Positions 20,445 through 30,298 are shown, counted from the first letter of the stretch. The stretch: 64,000 bases of DNA from a bacterium (GCA_024228495.1 JAAETJ010000241.1:4627-68626), one strand, 5' to 3'. A program made the numbers and translations. Notes: a model not told the origin generated them from the letters alone.

Positions 20445-21815
20445 CTACCTGACCATATTCAGAGTTTCCTGCATCATTTCATCACCAGTCGAAACGATTC
20501 GTGTATTAGCGGCATATGCCTGCTGCGTAATAATGAGCTTCGAAAATTCATCCGCAATATCCGTATTTGATGATTCAAGAGCCCCTGAAACAATACTACC
20601 AATTGTTGTAAAGCTGGGTACGCCGGAAGATGCAGTCTCGCGAAAGGCGCCACCATTAGTTTTTGCAAGACTATTACTCGCCGGAAAATTTGCCAGCGCA
20701 ATACTTGAAATGGGTATAATACCCCCATTGCTGTAATTCGCATTGATGCGCCCATCATCGGACAGCGCCACCGATACAAATTCACCAGCTGTGTAGCCAT
20801 TTTGCTGCACGGTTGTTCTTGCCGTGCCATCTATTGTTGAATATTGCGTTACTTCACCACTGGTGTGATCAATATCAATATCACCAAGCGCTACGCCGTT
20901 CACTGAGACAGAGCTCAAGGTAATGCTATCGATCCCAGGGTCCAGCTCGCCATCTGATCCAAAGGCATAGACCTGCCCTGCATTAGTCCAGGCCTCATCT
21001 GAACCCGTCGCATCCGAATCAGACAGATAGAACAATTCCCAGCTATCGGTACCACCAGCCTGTACACTATCCGTTTTCGCCCAGCGAAATTCGATATTGG
21101 CTGGCACACCGGTCGCATTATAACTGGTAACCGAACCACCTGAAATAGATTGATCGATAAATTCTTCCGCATCATCACCAGTTACAATCCCAGTGCCAGC
21201 AATCGTTGGGTCGGAACTAAAAGAAGCAGTGTTCAAAAGTTCACTATTGGCAACCTGTGAATCAGCAGCAGACGTCACTGGCTGACTTGGAAGGTTCAAT
21301 ATGTAGTCGATTTCTGTTGTCGCCTTGGCCGGTAAAAAATCACCAGAAATCTTGATAAGTTCGGGCACACTACCCGACTGATTGCCCGTATCTGGATTGA
21401 GCGCCAGACCTTTGAGGTAATAGCCCGTTGAGTTGACGAGATAACCACTGGCGTCGAGTTCAAAATCGCCGCGCCGCGTGTAGAGACTATCACTTCCAAA
21501 TACTGGCTCTCCATCAACAGTGGACTGCTGCTCGGAGACAATAAAGTATCCAGTGCCATTGATCGCAAAATGGGTGTCCATGGAGCTACTTTGGGTTTGG
21601 CCTTGAATATCATTGGTGGCTCGCGAAGATGCTGCAACAACGCCGAGCGCCTGCTTGCGTGGATTACTCTCTTGAACCAGCTCAGAAAAGCTTGTCTCTG
21701 TTCGCTTGTAACCAACTGTCTGAGAATTTGCGATATTGTTAGAGATATGCTCCAATGCGGCTGACTGCGCATTCAACCCGGTAATCGCCGTATTCATCGC
21801 ACTAAAAATACCCAT
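20445..21815 (-). CDS. flgE: flagellar hook protein
   Basis: The N-terminus MGIFSAMNTAITGLNAQSAALEHISNNIANSQTVGYKR and the C-terminus LIITQQAYAANTRIVSTGDEMMQETLNMVR are typical of FlgE. Confidence 0.9.
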   Translation of the reverse strand: MGIFSAMNTAITGLNAQSAALEHISNNIANSQTVGYKRTETSFSELVQESNPRKQALGVVAASSRATNDIQGQTQSSSMDTHFAINGTGYFIVSEQQSTVDGEPVFGSDSLYTRRGDFELDASGYLVNSTGYYLKGLALNPDTGNQSGSVPELIKISGDFLPAKATTEIDYILNLPSQPVTSAADSQVANSELLNTASFSSDPTIAGTGIVTGDDAEEFIDQSISGGSVTSYNATGVPANIEFRWAKTDSVQAGGTDSWELFYLSDSDATGSDEAWTNAGQVYAFGSDGELDPGIDSITLSSVSVNGVALGDIDIDHTSGEVTQYSTIDGTARTTVQQNGYTAGEFVSVALSDDGRINANYSNGGIIPISSIALANFPASNSLAKTNGGAFRETASSGVPSFTTIGSIVSGALESSNTDIADEFSKLIITQQAYAANTRIVSTGDEMMQETLNMVR

Positions 21816-22098
21816 TCAACTTCTCCTAAACATAACAGCTCTGATCTACTACAGACCAATCCACAAAAATCTTTCATTTAAGGTTAGCAATTTGAGGGCC
21901 AATTATTTTATAACTAAATAACAATGCCTTACGGCATTTTCTATTTCGAGTTGCGAGGGGAAAAGGCAGTTTTTACCTGTTCTGGAGGCAATATTTGCCG
22001 GGATCGGACATATATTGACCCATCCCTAAAAAACTGCGCATGCCAGATGCGCTTCAATTGGACATTCTACAAGTAGCCCCCTATTCTGACCACACAAC

Positions 22099-23592
22099 AT
22101 GCTGTTGATGCGAGGACAACTTTTGAACGAAAATTCCATAATTGATAGTCTTTGGCACAGCGTTCGCGATGCTGGTGATTATGTCAGCGGTCTGCGCAAT
22201 CCAACCATTCGCCTCGGCGTGACTGGATTGGCCCGCTCGGGAAAAACCGTTTTTATCACCTCGGTCATTCATAATCTTTTGCATGGAGGTCGCCTGCCGT
22301 TTTTTGACGCGATGGCCGAGGGACGTATCAACCGCGCCTATCTGGAACCCCAGCCGAATGATGAGATCCCCCGTTTTGATTATGATATGCATCTTGATGA
22401 GTTGATCGGCACCCCCCCAAGATGGCCATCCAATACGGAACGTATCCGGCAATTGCGTGTCACCATCGAATTTGAAACCAATAATGTCTTACGCAAGACG
22501 CTTGGGCAGGACCGCCTGCACCTTGATATTATCGACTATCCCGGCGAATGGCTGCTGGATCTGCCGCTCTTGAATATGAGCTTTGAGGAATGGTCAAGCC
22601 AGGCCTTTTCCCTGAGTGGCGAACCCGAACGCCTGTCCCTTGCTGCGGACTGGCGCGCAATGGTGATGGGTCTCGATCCTCTTGCTCCGCAATCTGAAAA
22701 AACCGCCGAAAAGATTTCACAGCTGTTTCGCTCTTATCTCATTTCCTGCCGTGATGACGCTCATGCCTTGTCGATGCTACCGCCTGGGCGCTTTTTGATG
22801 CCGGGTGAGCTTGCTGGCTCTCCCGCTCTCACTTTCAGCCCGCTGCAATTACCCAAAAATGGCCGTGCCTCTAAAAACAGTCTTTGGCAAATGATGGCGC
22901 GCCGCTTCGAGAGCTATAAAACTCATGTCGTAAAACCATTTTTCAAGGACCATTTCACCAAGCTGGATCGCCAGATCGTCCTTGTTGATACGCTTTCGGC
23001 TCTCAATGCCGGTCCCGGCGCCCTCAACGATCTTGAAAACACCCTCACCGGCATCTTGAATTGTTATCGTCCGGGGCAAAACTCGTGGCTGTCCAGCCTG
23101 CTAGGCAGACGTATTGATCGCATCATGTTCGCGGCAACCAAGGCCGATCATCTACATCAAAGCAGTCATGAACGACTAAAAAAGGTACTCAAAACCTTGA
23201 CCGAGCGCGCCAGTGATCGCGCCAATATCGCCGGTGCCAAGGTGGAGGTGATGACCATTGCCTCGATCAGATCCACCAGCGAAACCCACATTACGCAAGC
23301 TGGGGAAACCTTACCACTGATCAAGGGCATCCCACTGAAAGACGAAAAACTTGGCAATATGGTGTTTGACGGGCTTGAAAAAATCGCTATTTTCCCCGGT
23401 GACCTACCCGATGATCCCGAAAAGGCCCTTCTTGAAGGCAGAGCCAGTCCCGACAAGGGCGAGGAAGATATTCGCTTCATCCGGTTTCGCCCTCCTCAAC
23501 TCGAAAAGAAACTTGACGGCACCCCAATGGCCCTGCCGCATATTCATCTTGATCATGTGCTGAACTTTTTGCTGGGAGATTATCTGGAATGA
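22099..23592 (+). CDS. ycjX: YcjX-like P-loop NTPase (DUF463)
   Basis: IRLGVTGLARSGKTVFITSVIHNL P-loop, ~500 aa, immediately followed by a ycjF-like gene. Confidence 0.8.
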   Translation: MLLMRGQLLNENSIIDSLWHSVRDAGDYVSGLRNPTIRLGVTGLARSGKTVFITSVIHNLLHGGRLPFFDAMAEGRINRAYLEPQPNDEIPRFDYDMHLDELIGTPPRWPSNTERIRQLRVTIEFETNNVLRKTLGQDRLHLDIIDYPGEWLLDLPLLNMSFEEWSSQAFSLSGEPERLSLAADWRAMVMGLDPLAPQSEKTAEKISQLFRSYLISCRDDAHALSMLPPGRFLMPGELAGSPALTFSPLQLPKNGRASKNSLWQMMARRFESYKTHVVKPFFKDHFTKLDRQIVLVDTLSALNAGPGALNDLENTLTGILNCYRPGQNSWLSSLLGRRIDRIMFAATKADHLHQSSHERLKKVLKTLTERASDRANIAGAKVEVMTIASIRSTSETHITQAGETLPLIKGIPLKDEKLGNMVFDGLEKIAIFPGDLPDDPEKALLEGRASPDKGEEDIRFIRFRPPQLEKKLDGTPMALPHIHLDHVLNFLLGDYLE

Positions 23593-24752
23593 GTGACAAG
23601 CCATCAGCCCAAAAGCCGCCGTCCCGCAAGCCACAATTTTTCCGTCCGGATGAAGTAGATGTGCCGGGTGAACAAGCCAGTCCGAAGACCGTTTCGCCAG
23701 ATCTGCAACAAACACCAATCCCTGCACAGCCTAAAGAAGATCCCAGTGCGCCGCGCACTGCTGGACTGCACCAACCAAAAGACAAACGCGGGAGCTTTGA
23801 TCCTCCAGAGGGGGAAGAGGAGTTCGCCGATGACGAGTTCTCTGGTGAAACAAATGCGCAAGGCAACACCATCCCGACGCTCAACGATATAGAGCGGGGC
23901 TTTCACTGGACCGGCATTTTAGTCGGCGCTGCCGGAGCGCTTGCGGCAATGGCCTTCACGGCCTGGCTACATTCCCATGTTAAAGACCTGATGGCCCGCC
24001 AGGACTGGATTGGCTGGCTGGCGCTGGGGCTCGTGTCACTTGTCTGTCTGGCCCTGTTGATGATTGCCCTCAAGGAGTTCTTTGCTCTGCGTCGTCTCAA
24101 AAAGCTCGGCAATCTGCGCGAGCTCGCCGAGCGCGCTCTAAAGCATGATGAGCGCAAACCTGCACAAAAAATCCAGTCGCAGATCACTGGCCTGTTTCAT
24201 GGTCGCCATTCCCTTGCCTGGGGATTGGCCAATCTCAAAGAGAACGAGAAAGAAGTGCTGTCAGCCCGCGACCGCCTGATGCTCGTGGAACGCAGTTTGA
24301 TGATGCCACTTGATGGGGATGCAAGAAGGATCGTTGCCGACAGCGCCAAGCGGGTCAGCGTCATGACCGCTATTAGCCCTTTTGTATTTCTCGACATGCT
24401 GCTGGTGGCCGTTGAAAATTTCAAGATGTTGCGCCGATTGATGACTCTTTATGGAGGGCGTCCGGGCCTGCTTAGTCAATTCAGGATGATCAAGCTGATG
24501 ATCGCTAATCTTGCTATATCCGGGGGCGTTGCCGTTGGTGCAGATCTCATCGGCCATGTCATTGGTGGGCAGGTCGCGACCAAACTGGCCGGGCGTGTTG
24601 GTGAGGGTATGATCAATGGGTCACTCACTGCCCGCCTTGGTATCACCGCCACCAAGCTGATCCGACCACTCCCCTATATAGAAGCCAAACCCACCACAAT
24701 AACAGCCTTTGTCAAGGAACTGACGCGGGGCAGCAAGAAGGTGGACAAGTAG
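23589..24752 (+). CDS. ycjF: YcjF-like membrane protein (UPF0283/TIGR01620) with a ~100-aa Pro/Glu-rich N-terminal tail
   Basis: The ATG overlaps the ycjX stop (ATGA at 23589-23592). Central TM pairs follow the typical YcjF layout. Confidence 0.75.
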   Translation: MSDKPSAQKPPSRKPQFFRPDEVDVPGEQASPKTVSPDLQQTPIPAQPKEDPSAPRTAGLHQPKDKRGSFDPPEGEEEFADDEFSGETNAQGNTIPTLNDIERGFHWTGILVGAAGALAAMAFTAWLHSHVKDLMARQDWIGWLALGLVSLVCLALLMIALKEFFALRRLKKLGNLRELAERALKHDERKPAQKIQSQITGLFHGRHSLAWGLANLKENEKEVLSARDRLMLVERSLMMPLDGDARRIVADSAKRVSVMTAISPFVFLDMLLVAVENFKMLRRLMTLYGGRPGLLSQFRMIKLMIANLAISGGVAVGADLIGHVIGGQVATKLAGRVGEGMINGSLTARLGITATKLIRPLPYIEAKPTTITAFVKELTRGSKKVDK

Positions 24753-24867
24753 AGTGTAAAATATGGAACCCCGTTTCAACTCCGAAACGCAACATCTGCC
24801 TACTGATGGAATATGATTCTGCGAAACCTGTTTTACACAATCGGCAAGCATTTCATTCAAACGCCTC

Positions 24868-26244
24868 CTATTCAAATTCCATGGCACGAAAAACATGTCC
24901 GGCATTACGCTTGGCCAGCTGACGAAAGGTTGGTAGATGACTGTAGGGAGATTGATCAATCAAATAAGCCTCTTTCAGCCCCCCACCCTCTTCGATAAGT
25001 TTTCCTACCTTTTCGCGCAAATAAACCAGATAATTTTTGGTATATTTCGTCACCTGATCATAGGTCGTTGCCTCGCCATGACCGGGGATGATAATTTTTG
25101 CCTTCAGACCTTCAAATACTTCCCAGGTTTCCAGCCAGGTCTTGGTATCGGTATGACCAAACAGAGGTAACAGGCGTTGATGAAATGAGACATCTCCAGA
25201 GATCACCAATCGCTCCTTGGGAAGCCACGTCACAATATCACCGGGACTATGAGCGGGCCCCAGATTGCGCAACTCGATATGAGTACCACCCAGATCGATA
25301 ATATATTCTTTGTCAAAAGTAATGTCGGGCATCACCAATCGAGTTTTTGAGGCCTTTTCACGCATACGCCGTTTCATTCGATCCAAAATATCATGACCTC
25401 TCTTCTTGAGCTCGTGGGCTGCATCGGTATGCGCGATTATTTTAGCCCCCTGCTCTTGCCAATAATTTGAACCAAGGGCGGCATGTCCCTGGCCATTTTC
25501 CAGCACCACATATTTCACCTTCTGCCTGGTAATTTTTTTGATCTCATCGTGCAGGGCACTAGCGAGTTGATAATTGTCGCCAGCATTGACTACCACGACG
25601 CCGTTGGTGGTGATAATAAATGACAGATTATTATTATGGCCGCCGTTTTCATAGGTGCCAGGCGCCGTTGCACCAATCGCCGACCAGACATTTGGCGCAA
25701 CTTTCACAGGCTTTGAAAAAAGTGCTGTATCGGGTGCCCTGTCACTGACCTCTACTGGCAAGCCAGCCTTGCGCCATTCAAAAAAGCCTCCGGCATAGTT
25801 TGAGACATTCGTGTAACCCATTTTCATCAACATACGCGCTGCCAGAGGGCTGCGCTGATTGGTGCCGCAATAAACTACAATCGGCGTATCTTTGGTGATT
25901 GCCCCATTAGCAATCCTGAATTCTAGCCAGCCTCGCGGAATGTTCTGGTTTTGATGCACACCGATTGTGCCACCAACCGTGGCAATCTCACGACGAGTCC
26001 GCACATCAATCAACGCCATATCTCTGCTATTCTTGAGCATTTCCTCAAGATTGCCAATTTTTATCTCACTAATTTCGCCCTTGGCAGCTGCCAGTATAGT
26101 GTCGCCCGTTTTGAGCCCCGCCATTGGCGTCGTAGCTTTTTGAGCAAAAGCACTCGCACTTCCCAGCAGCAGAAAAATACTGATAGATAACATCCAAAAA
26201 CCACGTCCAGCTTTACAAGAAACTGTCATTTTTATTTCCTTCAA
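24868..26244 (-). CDS. secreted rhodanese domain fused to a metallo-beta-lactamase-fold domain
   Basis: Signal peptide (WMLSISIFLLLGSASAFA). The rhodanese domain has an active-site loop VVYCGTNQRS. MBL-fold motifs AHSPGD, ISGDVSF and IIPGHGE are present, but the HxHxDH position reads LENGQGHAA. Confidence 0.75.
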   Translation of the reverse strand: MKEIKMTVSCKAGRGFWMLSISIFLLLGSASAFAQKATTPMAGLKTGDTILAAAKGEISEIKIGNLEEMLKNSRDMALIDVRTRREIATVGGTIGVHQNQNIPRGWLEFRIANGAITKDTPIVVYCGTNQRSPLAARMLMKMGYTNVSNYAGGFFEWRKAGLPVEVSDRAPDTALFSKPVKVAPNVWSAIGATAPGTYENGGHNNNLSFIITTNGVVVVNAGDNYQLASALHDEIKKITRQKVKYVVLENGQGHAALGSNYWQEQGAKIIAHTDAAHELKKRGHDILDRMKRRMREKASKTRLVMPDITFDKEYIIDLGGTHIELRNLGPAHSPGDIVTWLPKERLVISGDVSFHQRLLPLFGHTDTKTWLETWEVFEGLKAKIIIPGHGEATTYDQVTKYTKNYLVYLREKVGKLIEEGGGLKEAYLIDQSPYSHLPTFRQLAKRNAGHVFRAMEFE

Positions 26245-26434
26245 TATCTCTCTTGCGACATTTGCTGTTTTTTATATCTGGCTACACGATGCCCTCTCTT
26301 GCAAGTCATATATTCGTGTGATGCTTCACTTCAACACCTCATTCTTTTCTGTATCTCTCCCTCTTAAACGCCCCCCTTTTGCCACATTAACGACAATAGA
26401 CTTACCCGATCGCAACCTTATTGGAGACGTGGAA

Positions 26435-26854
26435 ATGGAGCAAAGCTATGTGGTTGGACAAGCCTGGAGCTATAACGCCCCCCCAGGATTTGAGAGGTCA
26501 CGAATCATTATCGGCGCTATATTGACATTTGCCAGTCATCAACCCATCATCTGTGTCGCCGTTACTAAGGCCCCTATGAGCGATACGAATGGGGATGTCC
26601 AACCCTTGACCATTCCTTTTTTACCCTTCTCAAAAATAGCCTTTGATCAGACCGTCATGACCATTGATCGCTCAGCCCAATTGCCAGAAAACTTCTCAAA
26701 CCACTATACGAGCTGGAAAAATGACCTAAAAGGTCTTGGTTTTATAAACACTCCATTCAAGGATTTGTTGCGCTCCATGAATGATAAACTCTTCGAAAAA
26801 GAGAAACAGATGACCCACGCAATGAACAATATTACCTACCTCAACAATCATTAG
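26435..26854 (+). CDS. hypothetical protein (139 aa)
   Basis: ATG 26435 is preceded by GGAGACGTGGAA. No motif recognised. Confidence 0.5.
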   Translation: MEQSYVVGQAWSYNAPPGFERSRIIIGAILTFASHQPIICVAVTKAPMSDTNGDVQPLTIPFLPFSKIAFDQTVMTIDRSAQLPENFSNHYTSWKNDLKGLGFINTPFKDLLRSMNDKLFEKEKQMTHAMNNITYLNNH

Positions 26855-26997
26855 GTCCATAATCACAATTTTATCGCTACTTAACTAACAACACTCACAC
26901 TGTACCAGCCGCAAATACCTCGCCCCCTTTCCCTTCAAGAAAGCAACCGTCTTAACGGAGACACATACTCATGATTTACTAAATCGCAGCATATTAG

Positions 26998-27033
26998 TTG
27001 ACAATACATTGTCAAATTGACTATACATTGACA
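26998..27033. promoter_or_regulatory. putative MarR operator overlapping a promoter
   Basis: Perfect inverted repeat TTGACAAT-ac-ATTGTCAA (26998-27015), followed 19 nt later by a near-copy, TTGACTATACATTGACA (27017-27033). The TTGACA doubles as a consensus -35, with CTATAC 17 nt downstream. The element lies 15 nt upstream of the marR ATG. Confidence 0.6.
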
Positions 27034-27047
27034 TATTGGAGACAGAA

Positions 27048-27515
27048 ATGAAAAAAACCTCGGAAGCGACAGCGCTTACAAGCCTCATCCTCGAAGTTTT
27101 TCGTCTGAACGGGCAATTGCTGTCTCAGGGCAATCGGCTAACCGAACCATTGGGACTAACAAGCGCCCGTTGGCAGGTGCTGGGCTCTATCAAACTTGCT
27201 GGTCATCCAATCTCGGTTGCTCAGGCCGCGCGGCGCATGGGACTGACGAGGCAAGCTGTTCAACGAGTTGCCAACGACCTTGAAACTCTCGGATTCACGC
27301 GGTTTGAAAATAACCCTGACCACGCAAGAGCAAAGCTCATCGTGCCTACAGCCAAAGGTCGCGATGCACTTGAACTCATCGAAAAACGCCAGATTGAGTG
27401 GTCGAACAAACTAGCTAAGGGAATCAACACCTCACTGATAAACAATGCAGTTGAGTTGTTTGGCGAACTTCATGACCGCTGTAACAAAATGGAAACCACT
27501 CCCATAGAAGCCTAG
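27048..27515 (+). CDS. MarR family transcriptional regulator
   Basis: Winged-helix segment LTSARWQVLGSI...ISVAQAARRMGLTRQAVQRVANDLETLGF. ATG 27048 has GGAGAC upstream. The ORF-track start is 27036. Confidence 0.85.
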   Translation: MKKTSEATALTSLILEVFRLNGQLLSQGNRLTEPLGLTSARWQVLGSIKLAGHPISVAQAARRMGLTRQAVQRVANDLETLGFTRFENNPDHARAKLIVPTAKGRDALELIEKRQIEWSNKLAKGINTSLINNAVELFGELHDRCNKMETTPIEA

Positions 27516-27526
27516 GAGTAAATCAG

Positions 27527-27994
27527 ATGCTTACAATCACAAAAGCTCTGCATATCATTGGCGTTGCGCTCTTTTTTGGAAGTATTCTTGGTCACGCAAT
27601 CACCGGCCTGGCGGAAGGTGTTCACGGCGATGCGCAGGCCGTTCTCGTCGCTCGCCAAATTCTCAATGTTGCGACTTGGTATCTGACACTTCCTGGCCTC
27701 GTGCTTGTCACTTTAACAGGGATTGGACTGGTGGTCATACACGAGCGACCACAAACAAATTTAAGACCGCATCTACTTATCGCGGCACTCATTTTTATGA
27801 ATGCCATTTTCATCTTGCTACCAACCGGACAAGCGATTTTAGGCACGGCAAATGAGCTCGCTACCGGGAGCGGCAACGCAAGTAAATTTGCAAATCTGCG
27901 GGGGCGGGAGGCAATGTTTGGAGCAATCAACATCCTATTATGTATTGTTGCTATTTTCATCGGCGTCTTAAAGCCCGGCAGCACACAAAATTAA
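27527..27994 (+). CDS. integral membrane protein, DUF2269-like
   Basis: 155 aa with four predicted TM helices. The N-terminus is LHIIGVALFFGSILGH. It is paralogous in layout to the next gene. Confidence 0.55.
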   Translation: MLTITKALHIIGVALFFGSILGHAITGLAEGVHGDAQAVLVARQILNVATWYLTLPGLVLVTLTGIGLVVIHERPQTNLRPHLLIAALIFMNAIFILLPTGQAILGTANELATGSGNASKFANLRGREAMFGAINILLCIVAIFIGVLKPGSTQN

Positions 27995-28006
27995 GGGACG
28001 CTGACT

Positions 28007-28579
28007 ATGGACACCTATCTATTACTCAAATTCGCGCATATTCTTGGCTTCATATTGCTCGGGGGCGGCTTGCTGGCTGTCTGGGTGTCCGAATTTCAGG
28101 CCTACCGCACCAATGAGATCGGCGTGTTCGCGGAAAGCGCCCGCTACACCGCAATCTTCTATGACTTTCTGGTTATTCCTGGTGCTATTACTGTTGCCAC
28201 ATCCGGATTTTTTCTGGTGCAAAATCTTGGGCTGGGTTTTTTCGAAGAACCCTGGCTGATCACCATGTGGGGACTGTTCTTGTTTGAATTTGTCGAAGGC
28301 AATACAATCACCCGCATTCAGTTCCGCAAAACCTTGCGCCGCTCAAAAGAGGCGTTGAACGATGGAAAATCCCTTAACACCGAAGTCCGCGAAGAGGCTC
28401 GCAGCCTGATCAGTCAAATCGTCCATTTCCTTGATATCCCCATGACCATGGTCATCGTCTATTGCGGGACCGTGCGCCCCGACAATTGGACAACCATCCT
28501 GATCGCCATCAGCATGGCGCTCATCGCCACCACGCTGCTTGTTATTTTCGTGCCGCGCCTGGCAAGAAAAAATGATTAG
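28007..28579 (+). CDS. integral membrane protein, DUF2269-like (paralog)
   Basis: 190 aa. The N-terminus is LLLKFAHILGFILLGGGLLAVW; four TM helices. Confidence 0.55.
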   Translation: MDTYLLLKFAHILGFILLGGGLLAVWVSEFQAYRTNEIGVFAESARYTAIFYDFLVIPGAITVATSGFFLVQNLGLGFFEEPWLITMWGLFLFEFVEGNTITRIQFRKTLRRSKEALNDGKSLNTEVREEARSLISQIVHFLDIPMTMVIVYCGTVRPDNWTTILIAISMALIATTLLVIFVPRLARKND

Positions 28580-28635
28580 CTGATCGGGAACAAATGTGGC
28601 GACCATAAAACGATCAGCACAAAACACTGGAACAG

Positions 28636-28976
28636 TCACGCCATCTTGCGATATGAAACACGGCTGAAACCATCCTCTTGCCAACTGCCTGTTTCCTTAT
28701 AGCCTTTGGATTCATAGAAGCTGAAATTCTCAGTCATTTTTTCGTTGGTGTAGAGCTTTATTGTTTCACAGCCTTGATCACGGCTGCTAACTCGGCAAAT
28801 TCAACAAGCCGCGAATCGTAACCCTTGCCGTGCTCGCTTGGCAACACCGAAACATTCTCTAGATGCATGGAATTATCGATGGGATAAAAGCATTGAAACC
28901 CACTACCTGAATGGCAAGAAAGTCCGCAACCATTGGTGCTGGTTCCTTGCCTATGCGCCGTTAGTAACGAGTGCAA
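28636..28976 (-). pseudogene. GNAT-family acetyltransferase remnant with a frameshift
   Basis: One frame gives ...IDNSMHLENVSVLPSEHGKGYDSRLVEFAELAAVIKAVKQ*. A neighbouring frame continues ...SSRDQGCETIKLYTNEKMTENFSFYESKGYKETGSWQEDGFSRVSYRKMA*, a typical GNAT C-terminus. The two parts join only with a 1-nt shift near 28785-28795. The N-terminal part is also short and odd. Confidence 0.6.
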
Positions 28977-29031
28977 ACGTCAACAGCACGTTTTTCAACC
29001 GCATCAATATGTGATATTGCGGCTCGCCTGA

Positions 29032-30252
29032 TCACTCCCTGGCTCCAAGTGCCTGCACTAGGTCTTCGATCAGATCTTGCGCGTCTTCAAGGCCTACAGA
29101 CAAACGCATAAGAGCCGGGGTGATGCCAAGTTCAGACCGCTCCTCATCAGACAAGCGTTGATGGGTGGTGGTGGTTGGGTGCGTAATCAGACTTTTGGCG
29201 TCGCCAAGATTATTGCAGATCTTGATGATCGACAATTTATTCATGAACGCAAAGGCTTCGCGTTTGCCGCCCTTGATCTCGAAGGCGACCAGTGGTCCCC
29301 CGCCCCCCATCTGTTTTTTATGCAGCTCATAATGTGGGTGATCGGTGCGGCCGGGGTAAATGACGCGCGCAATCGATTTGTGTTCCCCCAGGAAATCAGC
29401 GACCTTCGCAGCGTTCTTGCCATGTTGGCGTACGCGCAGCGACAAGGTCTCCAGACCCTTCAGCATCACCCAGGCATTGAACGGGCTCAGCGACGGGCCG
29501 GTCTGGCGTACATATTCGCGAAAATCACCGCCAATATAGTCTTTTGACCCAAGCACAATACCGCCGAGGCAACGCCCCTGCCCATCGATATGCTTGGTCG
29601 CCGAATAAAGCACAATATCAGCGCCAAATTTGAAGGGCTGTTGTAAAATCGGCGTCGCAAAAACATTATCAACCACCAGCTTGGCCCCCACCGAATGAGC
29701 AATATCTGCAACCTTTTTGAGATCAATCAGATCGAGTGTCGGGTTGGTCGGCGTTTCCAGAAAGACCAGTTTGGTGTTGGCGCGAATACCGGCCTGCCAG
29801 GCATCAAGGTCGCCGCCATCGACCAGCGTTGTCTCGACTCCAAGACGCGGCAGTAATTCATTGAGCAAATAGAGCGAGGCACCAAACAAAGCCTTTGCCG
29901 CCAGTATATGATCACCTGACGACAGCTGGCTCATGAACACCGCATTGACCGCCGCCATGCCCGAACTCGTCGCCATAGCAGCTTCCGCTCCCTCCAGCAG
30001 ACGCATACGTTCTTCAAACATAGAAACAGTAGGATTGCCATAACGCGAATAAATATATCCCTCTGCCTCTACCTTGAAGCGTTTTTCAGCCTCCTCTGGC
30101 GATGGATAAACATAACTCGACGTCAGATAAAGCGCTTCGGAGGTTTCGCCATATTGAGAACGCATCTCACCCGCCCCGTGAACAGAGCGCGTATCAAAGC
30201 ACCAATTGTTGCCATATTGCTCTTTTGAATTGTCGGGTTTGTTGTTAGTCAT
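29032..30252 (-). CDS. metZ: O-succinylhomoserine sulfhydrylase (PLP-dependent Cys/Met metabolism family)
   Basis: The YSATKHIDGQGR PLP-lysine motif and the overall sequence are MetZ-like. ATG 30252 is chosen because the 30 upstream ORF codons overlap a terminator hairpin. Confidence 0.85.
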   Translation of the reverse strand: MTNNKPDNSKEQYGNNWCFDTRSVHGAGEMRSQYGETSEALYLTSSYVYPSPEEAEKRFKVEAEGYIYSRYGNPTVSMFEERMRLLEGAEAAMATSSGMAAVNAVFMSQLSSGDHILAAKALFGASLYLLNELLPRLGVETTLVDGGDLDAWQAGIRANTKLVFLETPTNPTLDLIDLKKVADIAHSVGAKLVVDNVFATPILQQPFKFGADIVLYSATKHIDGQGRCLGGIVLGSKDYIGGDFREYVRQTGPSLSPFNAWVMLKGLETLSLRVRQHGKNAAKVADFLGEHKSIARVIYPGRTDHPHYELHKKQMGGGGPLVAFEIKGGKREAFAFMNKLSIIKICNNLGDAKSLITHPTTTTHQRLSDEERSELGITPALMRLSVGLEDAQDLIEDLVQALGARE

Positions 30253-30298
30253 GTTCAAAAACTCCTTTTGCCAATCGGCATATTTGTCAAAAAGGCAT

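Noticed and set aside
21940-22010. Possible sigma-54 (GG-N10-GC) promoter in the flgE/ycjX divergent region (TGGAGGCAATATTTGCC).
   Set aside because: The GG-to-GC spacing is off by one or two nucleotides in every register, and the better register points towards ycjX rather than flgE. This is not supportable by eye.
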